NCBI GenBank assembly: GCA_043815885.1
Contig: JBDRIL010000014.1
Coordinates: forward strand, 1-50,389
From: an archaeon
GTDB lineage: Archaea; Iainarchaeota; Iainarchaeia; Iainarchaeales; 1-14-0-10-31-34
DNA: 50,389 bases
Reading direction: 5' to 3'
Shown: one piece after another, positions 35,928 through 46,326 of the stretch
Layout: every line of letters starts with the position of its first letter
Position numbering within the stretch: the stretch's first letter is position 1
Notes under the pieces: generated by a model
What the model was told of the DNA's origin: nothing
Seen by the model: only the letters and a program-made list of their open reading frames with translations
Databases searched by the model: none
Translations under genes and position numbers: made by a program

Positions 35928-38900
35928 TCACTGCATATTTTCTTCCATGAAAGATTTTGGGTCTCCTTTACAGATCCATTTCCTTTCCTTTTCCTCATAT
36001 TTCTCGTACACCAGGTTTCCCTTTAAATCGTAAACATAGTAACTCTTCAACCCATCACTGTCTATTTTTTTCACTCTTCTTCCAGTGTAATCATAAAAGT
36101 ATTTTTCGTTTTTTCCGTCAGGGAACTCTACTTTAATCAATTGGTTTTCATGGTCATAAAGGTAATTTGTTTCAGCTGAAATGAATTCCACGGGTGACTG
36201 GGAATTATATATTTCGAAAATTTCATTTGCTGTTAATGCTTTGTTGAATACCTTTACTTCATCTATTGTTCCCGGGAATACACTTCCTCCATACTCTTGA
36301 TTTCCCACTATTAGGTCAGCACCTGAATTCTGTGTGGTCATTGGCTTATATTCCTGATTATCCAATACTCCATTCACATATAATCTCAAATAACTTCCAT
36401 CATAGGTGAATGAAATATGATACCATTCTCCTGCATTCCAATTATCTTTTTTTGAATTAATCCCATAAGGAGTGCCGCCATCTTCGAATACATATCCCTG
36501 CAGATAGACTTTTTCCTGGTCTAATGGTTTGACAAATCTTAAAATATATGCATCAGATTTCCTGACTACAGCGTTATAAATGTTGTCGGGCTGTACTGCA
36601 AATTTAACCCACGAACTAACAGTAATTCCTTCACCATAATTCAGGCTATCGTTATGGTTTACAGTTACTCTATCAGAATTTCCGTTAAAGCTTAATGCAG
36701 TTCCTTCTCTTCCACTCACCCATTGCGCTCCAATAATGCTTCCATTATTTTCATTACCGCTCGCATCAAATGCAGTGCTTCCTGAACCTTCATTTAAATT
36801 GAAGTTCAACAAAGGAAGAGTATTATTTTTTTCTTTAACCATATTTCCGGTATCATCATAAAATAATTCAGTGAAAGAATTATCCTCCATATCATAAATT
36901 CTTCTCAGCCTGTTTGAATTACTTCCTCTTGCAAAACCTGATTTGGATTGCTTGCCTCCCTTTGCTGTTAAGGCTTTGTCATAGATTACTACTTCATCTA
37001 TGTCTCCAGGGAATCCTTCAAGCCATCCCCCGCCAAAATAACCGTTTCCTATGTAGAGGGGCTGGGTTCCGTTTGCCATTCCCACTGAAAGATAATCATA
37101 ATTATCTATGTATCCGTCCACAGCAAGATATATTGCGTTTTTGTTGTAGGCTAAAGTGATCTCATACCATTGGTCGTCACCCCACCACAGCTTGTTCGAA
37201 AGAATGCTGTGAGGGTTTCCTGACTCATCAAAAATTATTCCCTGTAACTGCTTTAATTCCGGGTTAGATTCAAGTCTAGCAAATCTTAAAATATATTCAT
37301 TATCTTTCTTTGCTATTGTGCCGTAACCAGTGAATGAATCGATTGGCCCGGAAAACTTAATCATTGCATTGATCCATATTCCGTCCCTTACATTAAGGCT
37401 GTTATCATGGTTAACTATGACTATGTCTTGATTGCCTCCGTCAAACCTTAATGCATGGCCGCTTCCATCATAACCAGTAACCCATTCCGCTCCTTGGATT
37501 GTTCCATTGTTTCCTTGCCCGCTTGAATCATTTGCCGTGCTTCCAGAACCTTCATCCAAATGAAATTCAAGGATTTTTTTAGGGGGCGGCAGTAAAACAT
37601 TAACCACTGTAATGGCTTGGTTTTCCTCTCCCTCACTATCAATTGCATTAAGTTCAATTGTTTTTTCTCCAACTGTAACACAGACAATAGTCAAATGAGT
37701 TATTGCCTGGTTTGTTCCAAGGCCTTCAGTGTAAGAACTGACTTCACTGCATTCTGGAACGCCTGAAACATTCCACCAGAATTCCTCTATCACTGCTCCT
37801 TCATAAGCAGTGGCTGTACCAATTAATTCAATTTCTTCATCCCTTAAAACCTCATAAGGTCCTCCGTCGTCAAGTACTGGAGCTAACTGGTATTCATAGA
37901 CATAAGAAGCAAGTGAACCATTGTCCGTTAATTGAATCCTGTTTCCAACCCTATCGTATGAATGAATTAATTGAATGTTTGGAGTCTCTGAATAAATGTC
38001 TGCTGTTTCAATCCTGTTAAGGGCATCATAGCCATATTCAGCTATCAGGTTTGTTCCAACAGTTGGACTGTTATACATGTACTCCAGATTTCCAACTTCA
38101 TCGTACTCAAATGCCCTCTGAAATATAGCGCTTTTTCCTTTTGCTGTATTAATGCTCTTCAATTCATTTTCTGGATAATATTCATAGGAAGTATTTACAT
38201 TGTTTGCAAATGAAATCCCTTCAATAGCATAATTAGAATTATAACCATATGAAGCCAGAGTCATTCCCTCACTTAAATCCTCAACAAAAGCCACTTGATT
38301 CAAGTGATTGTAGTTGTATTTTAATTCCATTCCATTAGGATAAATAACTGTTTCAATATTATCGGCAAAATCATAGGTATAGAATGAATCAAATTGCCTT
38401 CCATCAATCACTTTTCTCTCTATTGAAATCCTTCCTCTTCCATCATAACCATAAAAGGTTTTTCCGCTTGCATCACTTACAGCGCAAAGCATTCCAACTG
38501 AATTCAGGTTTCCATTCAAGCACTCAAATCCTGCGTCATTTCCATCATAATAATATTCAGTATCCCCTCCTGCAGGATAATCAATTAATGTAAGCCTATT
38601 CAGTTCATCATAATAATAAATTATTGTTCCGTTTCCAGTAGTTTTTTCTTTCAGGTTTCCTGCATCATCATAAACATAATCAATGGTTCCAGAATCAGGA
38701 TGGAATTCCTGCTCCAGTCTCCCCAAAATATTGTATTCTCTGCTGTTGTAATGGTTTTCTGCATCAGTAACTGAAATCAAATTTCCTAATATATCATATT
38801 CATAGATATTGGTATTCCCATAATTTACTCCGTCAATTGAATATTCTTCCAGTTTCACTAAATTATTGAATTCATTTATAGTGCTTCTCTTGTACTGCCC

Positions 38901-41900
38901 TTTCTCGTCTTTAACTGTAGTGGTTCTCTCTCCATCAATCACTCCGTAAACTGTTTCAATGAATTCAGTGCTTCCAGGAGGAATGAATCTGTAAGTCCTG
39001 CTTAATGGGTCTGCATAGTATTGGTATTCAGAAAAATAATTCTTTCCTTCATTTTCATAGTAAGGCTTATACGCCTTCCATAGCCTTCCAGCAGAATCAA
39101 ATTCCTTCTCAGTAATTATGTCTCCTCTTCCGTCATAATTCCTTATCCTGCTGAAATAATTTCTCCCCAATCCATCAAAGAAATCAAAAGTAATGAAAGT
39201 ATTCCCGCCATTTATTTTTTGCTCTGTTTTAATATAGTCTGATGCAGTTTTACTTATGTAATAATCGTATTCAATTGAAGGTGCTGCCTCCATTGGTTTT
39301 TGAATTGAGTTGATCCTTCCAAACTCATCATAACCATAAGTAGTTACTTGATTATTAGGATTTGTAATGGTTTCAACTGAATGAAATAATGGATGATAAG
39401 TAAAAGAAGTTTCCTGGCTTAATGCATTAGTAATGCTTTGCACGTAAGCGTAATTGAATAAAGGGTCATAGTCATAAGTTGTCGCGTTTCCTATTGGGTC
39501 AGTTAATGTTCCAATATTTCCATAGTCATCATAGTCTGAATAAATTGTTTCAATCCATTCGTCTTCATAAACTTTAGCTCTTTCCCTTTCCTTCCATAAA
39601 TACAATCTTTCTCCATCGTATCCCGTGTATTCATATTTCCTCCATTTTTTATACACGCCATAAACATCATTATAGACATCTTGAATAGATGTTTCATCTG
39701 GTTGGCTATACATGTGTTTTTGTCTTGCTAGGACATAGTATCGTGAAAGAAAGTCTGAGGCAAGCGGATAGAAGATATACACTATCTTATGATTACTTCC
39801 CTCTTTGTAGGTATCTATGTTGGATAATACCTTGGCGTCATTCCAATTAGAATAATATGCGTTTATGTTGTCATACCATCTTTCCTCAATCGTTCTGGAA
39901 TAATTTGGGGGGTTTAGGACATCATATTCTGTTTCAGTTGTTTTATATAATTGTTTACTGTAAGAACTGTAAAGAGTATACTGCCCGGAAGAACCAAAAT
40001 ACCTGTTTTCTGACTGTAACCCCCATCTATTATACTCATAATCATTTTCTTTAATTAGATTCCATGATTGATCGTAATATGCTTCCTTTTCAATCATCCC
40101 CCTTAATCCATCGTCGTCAGCCGAACTATACATTACTAGTTCAAAAGGCCAACCATTGTTTGGGTTATCCCCGCCATTAACACTCCAGTCCCCTAAGTTA
40201 AGGATAGTGTTTTGTATCGTGTAATTAGTGTTTGGAGGGGCATAAGAATAGTTTCTCCTGATATTTCCATTTGGCCAGGGAACTTGTTCCGTTACTTGAG
40301 GATAGTAAACGTAAAACAATGAATCGTCTTCCAGAAAAGGATAGTATTTATCATTATTATCTGGATCGTATTGCGGGTCATAGAATAAACCATGACTGTA
40401 TTTCTTCCATTTCACTGGCACACCAGAAATAGCTCCGTCTCCATATGAATAACGGTAATCATATGCATTTCCTTCAACATCAGTAATCGTTATCTTGTAT
40501 ACCTGCACCCCTCCAAAGAAATAAGTTCTTTCTCCTGATCCAAAGTTATGTGAAAAACTGTCATCGGAATAAAAGAATTCCTGTACTGCTCCATTAGGAT
40601 AATAAATCTTCTTTAATGAACCAGAGTCTCCAACAGAATAACTGCTTGCATACCCGACATTATAGCAGTCCGTTCTAAGACAATAATACCCAAAAATGTC
40701 TTCATTTCTGTGTTCTAAACCAAAAATTCCGGTGCAGGGAACCACTGGAGTTGAATTGTATTCAAACTCGTATGCAGGAAGCTCAGATGTCGCTCCAGAA
40801 CTTTTAATAATTATTTTCTCCAAGGTTGTCTTCTTTGCTGTAGCAGAATAAATCGGGTCATTATTGCATTCCCCTAAAGAACTTGATTCCGGGAGGTATT
40901 GGAATTCTGCTTCACTTATGCTTCCTCCACTTGGATTGCTTCCGCTTCCACTGTAATTGTAGAGCTTTACTTCCTTCAATCTCTTCAGTTTTTCCTTCAT
41001 TGTGTAGTCTCCGTCTTCCCCGTAACTCCATTCACTTAAAGTAATATAACTGTACATTGTTTCTCCCTGGAATTCATCTTCCAGAGTAAATTCTGCTACA
41101 TGGGTTGGAGTTACAATCCTGTAAGGATAAGTCATTTCCCTTAGAGAGATTGGAGGGCTGTAAGTGTCTGGATTCGCTTGATATTCATACCAATCAAAAT
41201 TAAATGCATAATGATATTGCTTTACCGGATAATATTCTACTGCAATCCAGTTTCCTTTATTGTCTGTTGCAGGATTAGGTGAATTCAGTGGATTCAAATC
41301 CCCAGTAGCATCAACATAATCAGGGGAAAGAATTGCAGTTAAAAGCCATTTAGTGTTGCGTGGCGTCCATGCCTCTGGATGATATATTGACATGTTTCCA
41401 TTGGAATAATAATCAATTCCATTGCTTCTCAAAGCCAATCCATACACATACCTTGTCCCGTCCTCTGCATAGTAAATGAATTTACTGAAGTCATATGCAT
41501 CATGCCCTAAACTAACCACTTCTCCCTCTAAATCTTCGGGGAGATACTTTGCAGTGGACATGAATTTAGGGTTTTGATGGGCATACCCCGGGTTTCCTGG
41601 CTCATAAGCATAGTTATAGACTTTCCTTGAACCAAAAGGAGTTGAAACAAGATATGCATCAGGAATCGGGTCAGCGCCATTCTCATATATTGAGCCATTC
41701 CATGAAGGATTAAAGTCATATATATTCAATGGAATTCTTGTAACTGAACCTATCTCTAAATCCCACCCCAATCCAATCCATGAAGCTTCCTGCTTTACCT
41801 TTACCCCTGACTTATAATGCGCTACTAAAGGTAAATCCAATCCATTCCTTCCATTCACTGTAAGCAATGGAATATTCAGGCTCATGTCTCCAGTGAAATC

Positions 41901-42203
41901 AATGTTTCCTCTCTCAACTAAATCCAGTGCAGTAGCCTGTGGCGGGACAACCAATTCATTGCTTGTCTTTGAATCAATTACCTTTCCTTCAACAGAAGCT
42001 TCCTCCAATCCCGCAGAATTCTCACTTCCCTCTTCCACTGATTCATTTGCAGGAAGAGACTCATTATTTTCAGTTAATTCACTGAGATTTTCATTTGACT
42101 CAATTAATTTCCTTGAATCATTTAATTCAGAATCAGTAATTTCAGGGGTTTCATCTACGGCAATAACTACCCCGATTAAACCAATGAATAAAACAAGCAC
42201 CAT
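35928..42203 (-). CDS. Large secreted YD/RHS-repeat shell protein with SpvB/TcB-like N-terminus, inserted PKD and two LamG domains; lacks the Rhs core
   Basis: GDMSLNIPL...SWIGLGWDL; many YDxxGR/GN repeats; LamG FxLxEGSG...DxSG...WY...YDG...FPGxIDEV x2; true start may be slightly upstream. Confidence 0.92.
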   Translation of the reverse strand: MVLVLFIGLIGVVIAVDETPEITDSELNDSRKLIESNENLSELTENNESLPANESVEEGSENSAGLEEASVEGKVIDSKTSNELVVPPQATALDLVERGNIDFTGDMSLNIPLLTVNGRNGLDLPLVAHYKSGVKVKQEASWIGLGWDLEIGSVTRIPLNIYDFNPSWNGSIYENGADPIPDAYLVSTPFGSRKVYNYAYEPGNPGYAHQNPKFMSTAKYLPEDLEGEVVSLGHDAYDFSKFIYYAEDGTRYVYGLALRSNGIDYYSNGNMSIYHPEAWTPRNTKWLLTAILSPDYVDATGDLNPLNSPNPATDNKGNWIAVEYYPVKQYHYAFNFDWYEYQANPDTYSPPISLREMTYPYRIVTPTHVAEFTLEDEFQGETMYSYITLSEWSYGEDGDYTMKEKLKRLKEVKLYNYSGSGSNPSGGSISEAEFQYLPESSSLGECNNDPIYSATAKKTTLEKIIIKSSGATSELPAYEFEYNSTPVVPCTGIFGLEHRNEDIFGYYCLRTDCYNVGYASSYSVGDSGSLKKIYYPNGAVQEFFYSDDSFSHNFGSGERTYFFGGVQVYKITITDVEGNAYDYRYSYGDGAISGVPVKWKKYSHGLFYDPQYDPDNNDKYYPFLEDDSLFYVYYPQVTEQVPWPNGNIRRNYSYAPPNTNYTIQNTILNLGDWSVNGGDNPNNGWPFELVMYSSADDDGLRGMIEKEAYYDQSWNLIKENDYEYNRWGLQSENRYFGSSGQYTLYSSYSKQLYKTTETEYDVLNPPNYSRTIEERWYDNINAYYSNWNDAKVLSNIDTYKEGSNHKIVYIFYPLASDFLSRYYVLARQKHMYSQPDETSIQDVYNDVYGVYKKWRKYEYTGYDGERLYLWKERERAKVYEDEWIETIYSDYDDYGNIGTLTDPIGNATTYDYDPLFNYAYVQSITNALSQETSFTYHPLFHSVETITNPNNQVTTYGYDEFGRINSIQKPMEAAPSIEYDYYISKTASDYIKTEQKINGGNTFITFDFFDGLGRNYFSRIRNYDGRGDIITEKEFDSAGRLWKAYKPYYENEGKNYFSEYQYYADPLSRTYRFIPPGSTEFIETVYGVIDGERTTTVKDEKGQYKRSTINEFNNLVKLEEYSIDGVNYGNTNIYEYDILGNLISVTDAENHYNSREYNILGRLEQEFHPDSGTIDYVYDDAGNLKEKTTGNGTIIYYYDELNRLTLIDYPAGGDTEYYYDGNDAGFECLNGNLNSVGMLCAVSDASGKTFYGYDGRGRISIERKVIDGRQFDSFYTYDFADNIETVIYPNGMELKYNYNHLNQVAFVEDLSEGMTLASYGYNSNYAIEGISFANNVNTSYEYYPENELKSINTAKGKSAIFQRAFEYDEVGNLEYMYNSPTVGTNLIAEYGYDALNRIETADIYSETPNIQLIHSYDRVGNRIQLTDNGSLASYVYEYQLAPVLDDGGPYEVLRDEEIELIGTATAYEGAVIEEFWWNVSGVPECSEVSSYTEGLGTNQAITHLTIVCVTVGEKTIELNAIDSEGEENQAITVVNVLLPPPKKILEFHLDEGSGSTANDSSGQGNNGTIQGAEWVTGYDGSGHALRFDGGNQDIVIVNHDNSLNVRDGIWINAMIKFSGPIDSFTGYGTIAKKDNEYILRFARLESNPELKQLQGIIFDESGNPHSILSNKLWWGDDQWYEITLAYNKNAIYLAVDGYIDNYDYLSVGMANGTQPLYIGNGYFGGGWLEGFPGDIDEVVIYDKALTAKGGKQSKSGFARGSNSNRLRRIYDMEDNSFTELFYDDTGNMVKEKNNTLPLLNFNLNEGSGSTAFDASGNENNGSIIGAQWVSGREGTALSFNGNSDRVTVNHNDSLNYGEGITVSSWVKFAVQPDNIYNAVVRKSDAYILRFVKPLDQEKVYLQGYVFEDGGTPYGINSKKDNWNAGEWYHISFTYDGSYLRLYVNGVLDNQEYKPMTTQNSGADLIVGNQEYGGSVFPGTIDEVKVFNKALTANEIFEIYNSQSPVEFISAETNYLYDHENQLIKVEFPDGKNEKYFYDYTGRRVKKIDSDGLKSYYVYDLKGNLVYEKYEEKERKWICKGDPKSFMEENMQ

Positions 42204-42302
42204 TCCAAAGGCAAATAAGTGCTTTATTAAGCTCCCCCCTACTACTTCAAAGTAGTAACAATAAAATTTTTTATGTATAACGGTTTAAAAAATAATCGGA
42301 AC

Positions 42303-42860
42303 CTATTTGGCCTTAAATATTTTTCCATGGCCTGGGACAATCCATTCAGCCATCCCTAAAACCTTTTTCCTGCTTTCCTTTAATTTTTCTTTATCGCTTG
42401 CATAAGGGTCATTTTTCGGAAACCCTTTTTTCCAGAAAACGTCTCCGCATACAGCGACAACTCCTTTCCCCGTCTTAATAAAAAGCGTTATCCCGTCATA
42501 ACTGTGCCCTGGGGTCTTCATTACCCTGATGTCTTCAGTGAAAGACTCCTTCCAGTCTTCAACTTCATTTCCATTCCATAACCCCCAGTACTCTAATGTC
42601 TTTGCTTTAGGAAACATCCCTATATTCCGGTAATGGTCTAAATGAGAGTGAGTTATGCAGACGACATTCACGTCACTTACAATTAATCCCTCTTCCCTCA
42701 ATCTTTCAATAATCATTTCCTGCGCCTCCACTACCCCTGGATCCACTACCATGACTATTCCATTTCCCTTAACAAGAGTAATTGTTGGACGCGTCTTTTC
42801 CTTTCCGCCCTTCACTTCACCCGAAACATATCCCTCTATCAGTACCTTGACTTCAGCCAT
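42303..42860 (-). CDS. MBL-fold metallohydrolase
   Basis: VVDPG, THSHLDH, TPGH, GD, IVPGHG; start ATG 42860. Confidence 0.92.
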   Translation of the reverse strand: MAEVKVLIEGYVSGEVKGGKEKTRPTITLVKGNGIVMVVDPGVVEAQEMIIERLREEGLIVSDVNVVCITHSHLDHYRNIGMFPKAKTLEYWGLWNGNEVEDWKESFTEDIRVMKTPGHSYDGITLFIKTGKGVVAVCGDVFWKKGFPKNDPYASDKEKLKESRKKVLGMAEWIVPGHGKIFKAK

Positions 42861-43135
42861 AGCATAAACCTGCAATAAGGAATTTATTAAGTTTTCTAAA
42901 AACAACGCACTAACAAACTAATTCCATTACATCCAACTAAAGCAATAAAAATAGAGGTAATGCTCCGACCGAACAAAAACCGCTTTCCCAATGCTCTCGC
43001 TTCTTTTCTTCGGTCGATTTATTATTCATTTATTAGTATAAAGTCATTAATTAATTTATCGTTTTAGGGGGCTTTGCATAAGCTTCAATAAAATCTTTGC
43101 CTCTCTCCCCGTATGCATCACCAGTAAAATTATAC

Positions 43136-44992
43136 TCATTGAATTTTAAAGCCTTCTCTAAATATTGCCTTTGAGATGGCTGTGTGAAAGTTCAAATCTA
43201 TATCAAAAACTTTTCCGTTTTGGTTGTCTGGCATTTCAATGAACACATTGTTTAAGTTATTATTTTGAGTATTGTAAATTATTCTAGTATAGTCGCCGGT
43301 TGGTGTTGTTTCATCGTAATCTGAAGAAACGTATTCTTTGTTGAATTTGATATTGCTTTTGGTAAAACTGTCAAACTTATTCAAGTTTGGCAAAAAACCT
43401 TCCGCCCAGCTGTTTGTGGTAAAAATCCTTTCTAGCATCTTCTCCAAGTCAGTTTCGTTTTCAAATTCATCTATTCTTTCTCCATTGTTAGCGATTCTCC
43501 AGAGCATGTATTTGTCTCTATCACTAAAAGTGTAGAGGCCTTTGGGGCGACCAGGACTCATAATGCTGTCATGAATAGGGTTGTGTTTTAAGCCAAAAAC
43601 GTGGCCCGACTCGTGCACTTGGTTGCCAATTAAAATATTTTGATCATAGTAAATTAGAGTGTGGTCTTCAGAAGGAGACCCGCCTAAAAACTTTATTACA
43701 CTACCTTGTGCAGCTCTAGAGATCACCATATCTCCATAACTCATCCCCCAACACACGCTTGTTATGTCTGCGAATCCCAAAATCATACAACCCATTGAAG
43801 GCTCCCCTAATCTTGTATCCGAAATAAAAAATCGCATTACCTCGTCTTGGCTACTTACTGCTGTTACATGTCTATACAATTCATCTTCATCATCTTGCTC
43901 AACAGTTTCAACATTTTCTCCAACAGGAAAATAGTCTAACAACCTAGCTCGGTAGTTGGAATAATTTTCGTCAGTTTTTGCTTCCAAGTCAGCTAATTCT
44001 CCTATCATTGAAGAGTCAACTTCGAAAGAGAAATTAATGGAAGGAATAGCTGTTGTTAATTCTTGTTCTACAATATTTAACTGGTTTTGCAATTCAGCTA
44101 GCCAGTCTACTCCTGTGTCTTCTCGTACAATGTCTCCGTATCGCATAAGTTTGAATCTGCTAACTTTATCGCTTAGCGGATAAAATTTAATATTTGCTTG
44201 ACCCAGATCGTAATAGTCTATGCTTGGAATTTCAAAAGTATTAATACTTCCAATGTAATACCATCTAATTCCTTGCCTTAAAATTATTATCGTGCTGATG
44301 TCGTATGCTTTTCTTGGGATAATTGCGTCTAAATTTTTTTGAATAAAAATTGATCTTTTAAATGGAATAGTTTCCCCCGAAGTTGGAGAATCCTGATAAT
44401 ATAGAGTTATTGTATCCCATGATTCTTCAAGTGCAAAGCCTTCTTCGGTTTCAATAATGTTTTGTCTGAATGTTTCCAAATCAGAAGCTTGGGCATCAAT
44501 CAGGGAAAGAAAATCGGGGTCAGTGGACAGGATTTCTCCCTTTTTCTCCTGCAAGTATTCAAAAGCCCTTTCTATTTCGTCTTCTGTTGGAATGCATTCT
44601 CCATTCTGACATGTGGTTTCTTCAGGACAAGCGGTTACAGAACTCCATTCCAAACAAGAATCTGAATCGTAATTTCCGCACGTTCTGTAGCCGTTGTCAG
44701 AGCACTGCTTCAAACCTTCTTGAGGGCACTCATTATAACAGGTTATACAATCATTATTTTCTTGGCATTGGTCTGTTCCTGGTCCTTGCACTTCCACACA
44801 TTGTCCAGTAACACATTCCATGTGCATTTCTGGCGCTTTGCAGTCTCCCCCTTCTTCTATTGGGCAGTTGTAGTGGTTTTCGCCTTTCTCACATATGCCG
44901 TTACCACATACCGGTGGTCGAATACAACCGCTTAATAAAATTGCCGCAACGGCTAAAGCAACAACCAAAATTAAATACAAATTTTTATTCAT
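43136..44992 (-). CDS. Cys-rich lipoprotein with metzincin-type zinc metalloprotease domain
   Basis: Lipobox-like LLSGC; CGNGICE..E...C repeats; HESGHVFGLKH plus Met-turn SIM. Confidence 0.85.
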   Translation of the reverse strand: MNKNLYLILVVALAVAAILLSGCIRPPVCGNGICEKGENHYNCPIEEGGDCKAPEMHMECVTGQCVEVQGPGTDQCQENNDCITCYNECPQEGLKQCSDNGYRTCGNYDSDSCLEWSSVTACPEETTCQNGECIPTEDEIERAFEYLQEKKGEILSTDPDFLSLIDAQASDLETFRQNIIETEEGFALEESWDTITLYYQDSPTSGETIPFKRSIFIQKNLDAIIPRKAYDISTIIILRQGIRWYYIGSINTFEIPSIDYYDLGQANIKFYPLSDKVSRFKLMRYGDIVREDTGVDWLAELQNQLNIVEQELTTAIPSINFSFEVDSSMIGELADLEAKTDENYSNYRARLLDYFPVGENVETVEQDDEDELYRHVTAVSSQDEVMRFFISDTRLGEPSMGCMILGFADITSVCWGMSYGDMVISRAAQGSVIKFLGGSPSEDHTLIYYDQNILIGNQVHESGHVFGLKHNPIHDSIMSPGRPKGLYTFSDRDKYMLWRIANNGERIDEFENETDLEKMLERIFTTNSWAEGFLPNLNKFDSFTKSNIKFNKEYVSSDYDETTPTGDYTRIIYNTQNNNLNNVFIEMPDNQNGKVFDIDLNFHTAISKAIFREGFKIQ

Positions 44993-45047
44993 TAAGATAA
45001 ATAATAGTTAAAATAATATAAATACTTTATGTGTCAATCCCTTTTTT

Positions 45048-45722
45048 TTAATCCTTTTTTAATTCCTGTACTGTTTCTTCAAATATTTCCGTGAATTTTG
45101 TTTCTTTTAATAATTGTTTTAGTTTGTTTTCATCCTGCCTTGTTTTTAGTAGTTCTCTTATGTCGTCTTCATCTTTCTTGATTTTTGATTCTAGAAAGCT
45201 TCGTTCGGCTCTTGTTGCTTCTGGTGTCTTTAATTCGAGTTTCCTGTCTCTTAGTGCTTTTACTTTGTAAATCAGTAATAGTTCTGGTGCAGGAATTCTT
45301 GCTGTTGTTCCATTGAAGCGGTATTCTTTTGAGTTTTTTTCTAATAAATTCCAGGGCACCTCGATTCTTTTTTCTTTCAGGATGTTTTTATTGGAGTAAG
45401 ACGCGGCATCAATGTAAATTCTTTCTGTTCCTTTCTTTGTCTTTATTTCTTTGAAGTATTCTTTCGTTATTATTCCTGTTGACTTAAAGTTATTTGCTTT
45501 ATAGTATGGAATTAATAGTGAATGAATTGCCTGTGTTGTTGGAAATATTACATCAATGTCTATTGATTTACTGTATTTCGTGTACGCCCATACTGCCCAT
45601 CCCCCAATAATTATTGGATGATAGCCATACACTTTATTGCACCATTTAATGAAGTTAATTAATTCTTTTTGTGATGCATTTAATACTTCTGGGTAATAGA
45701 GTCTAGCCAATTCTCTCGCCAA
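45048..45722 (-). CDS. Nucleotidyltransferase-fold protein (AbiEii-like toxin candidate)
   Basis: IIGGWAV...SIDID, LLIYK..A..DR...KDEDDI motifs. Confidence 0.75.
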   Translation of the reverse strand: MARELARLYYPEVLNASQKELINFIKWCNKVYGYHPIIIGGWAVWAYTKYSKSIDIDVIFPTTQAIHSLLIPYYKANNFKSTGIITKEYFKEIKTKKGTERIYIDAASYSNKNILKEKRIEVPWNLLEKNSKEYRFNGTTARIPAPELLLIYKVKALRDRKLELKTPEATRAERSFLESKIKKDEDDIRELLKTRQDENKLKQLLKETKFTEIFEETVQELKKD

Positions 45723-46308
45723 ACATTTTTTCTATTAATTCTTTTGAAGTGTATGCCTGGTTATTGCAGAACAAATCAATTATTGTTCTTACCTTGCTTG
45801 TCAACAACATTTTCCCTTTTTTTTCAATGTCTATTTCAAGGCATAAGTCCGGCTTATAAGCATTGACTCTTGTAAGGCCCTTTGATTCAGTCCTGAGTTC
45901 TTCAAGTAATTTCCTGTCTTCAGAGTAAAAATTTATTGAAGGGTCTTTATAGTAAGAACTGTATTCCTGCAATGCAGTAGTAGTGCAAAAAACGACTTTT
46001 CTTTTAATTAATTCCCTCATTAAAGCCTCAGATTTAGGCTTAAGGGAAAATGACTCAATTAAATTGTTTTCCATTGACCTAAACAAGTTAAATAAACTGA
46101 TTAAGTCAACAGGATTTTGTACACTGTATTTTGAATTCTTTTTTTTGATGTAGCCTTTGCTTTCCAGTCTCCTGAATACTTTGCTGACCCATCCCTTTGA
46201 AACCCTGCTCTTGTCTATGACTTCCTTTTGAGTGAATTGCCTGTTCTTCAAAATAAAGTTAACTATCTTATAGGTTTGCTCGTTGCTTAAATCAACAATT
46301 TTATCCAT
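45703..46308 (-). CDS. wHTH protein, AbiEi-like antitoxin/regulator candidate
   Basis: N-terminal FTQKEV...VSKGWVSKVFRRLESKGYI HTH; C-terminal TIIDL; overlaps the NTase gene. Confidence 0.75.
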   Translation of the reverse strand: MDKIVDLSNEQTYKIVNFILKNRQFTQKEVIDKSRVSKGWVSKVFRRLESKGYIKKKNSKYSVQNPVDLISLFNLFRSMENNLIESFSLKPKSEALMRELIKRKVVFCTTTALQEYSSYYKDPSINFYSEDRKLLEELRTESKGLTRVNAYKPDLCLEIDIEKKGKMLLTSKVRTIIDLFCNNQAYTSKELIEKMFGERIG

Positions 46309-46326
46309 TAAAGACAGCCCTTTAGT

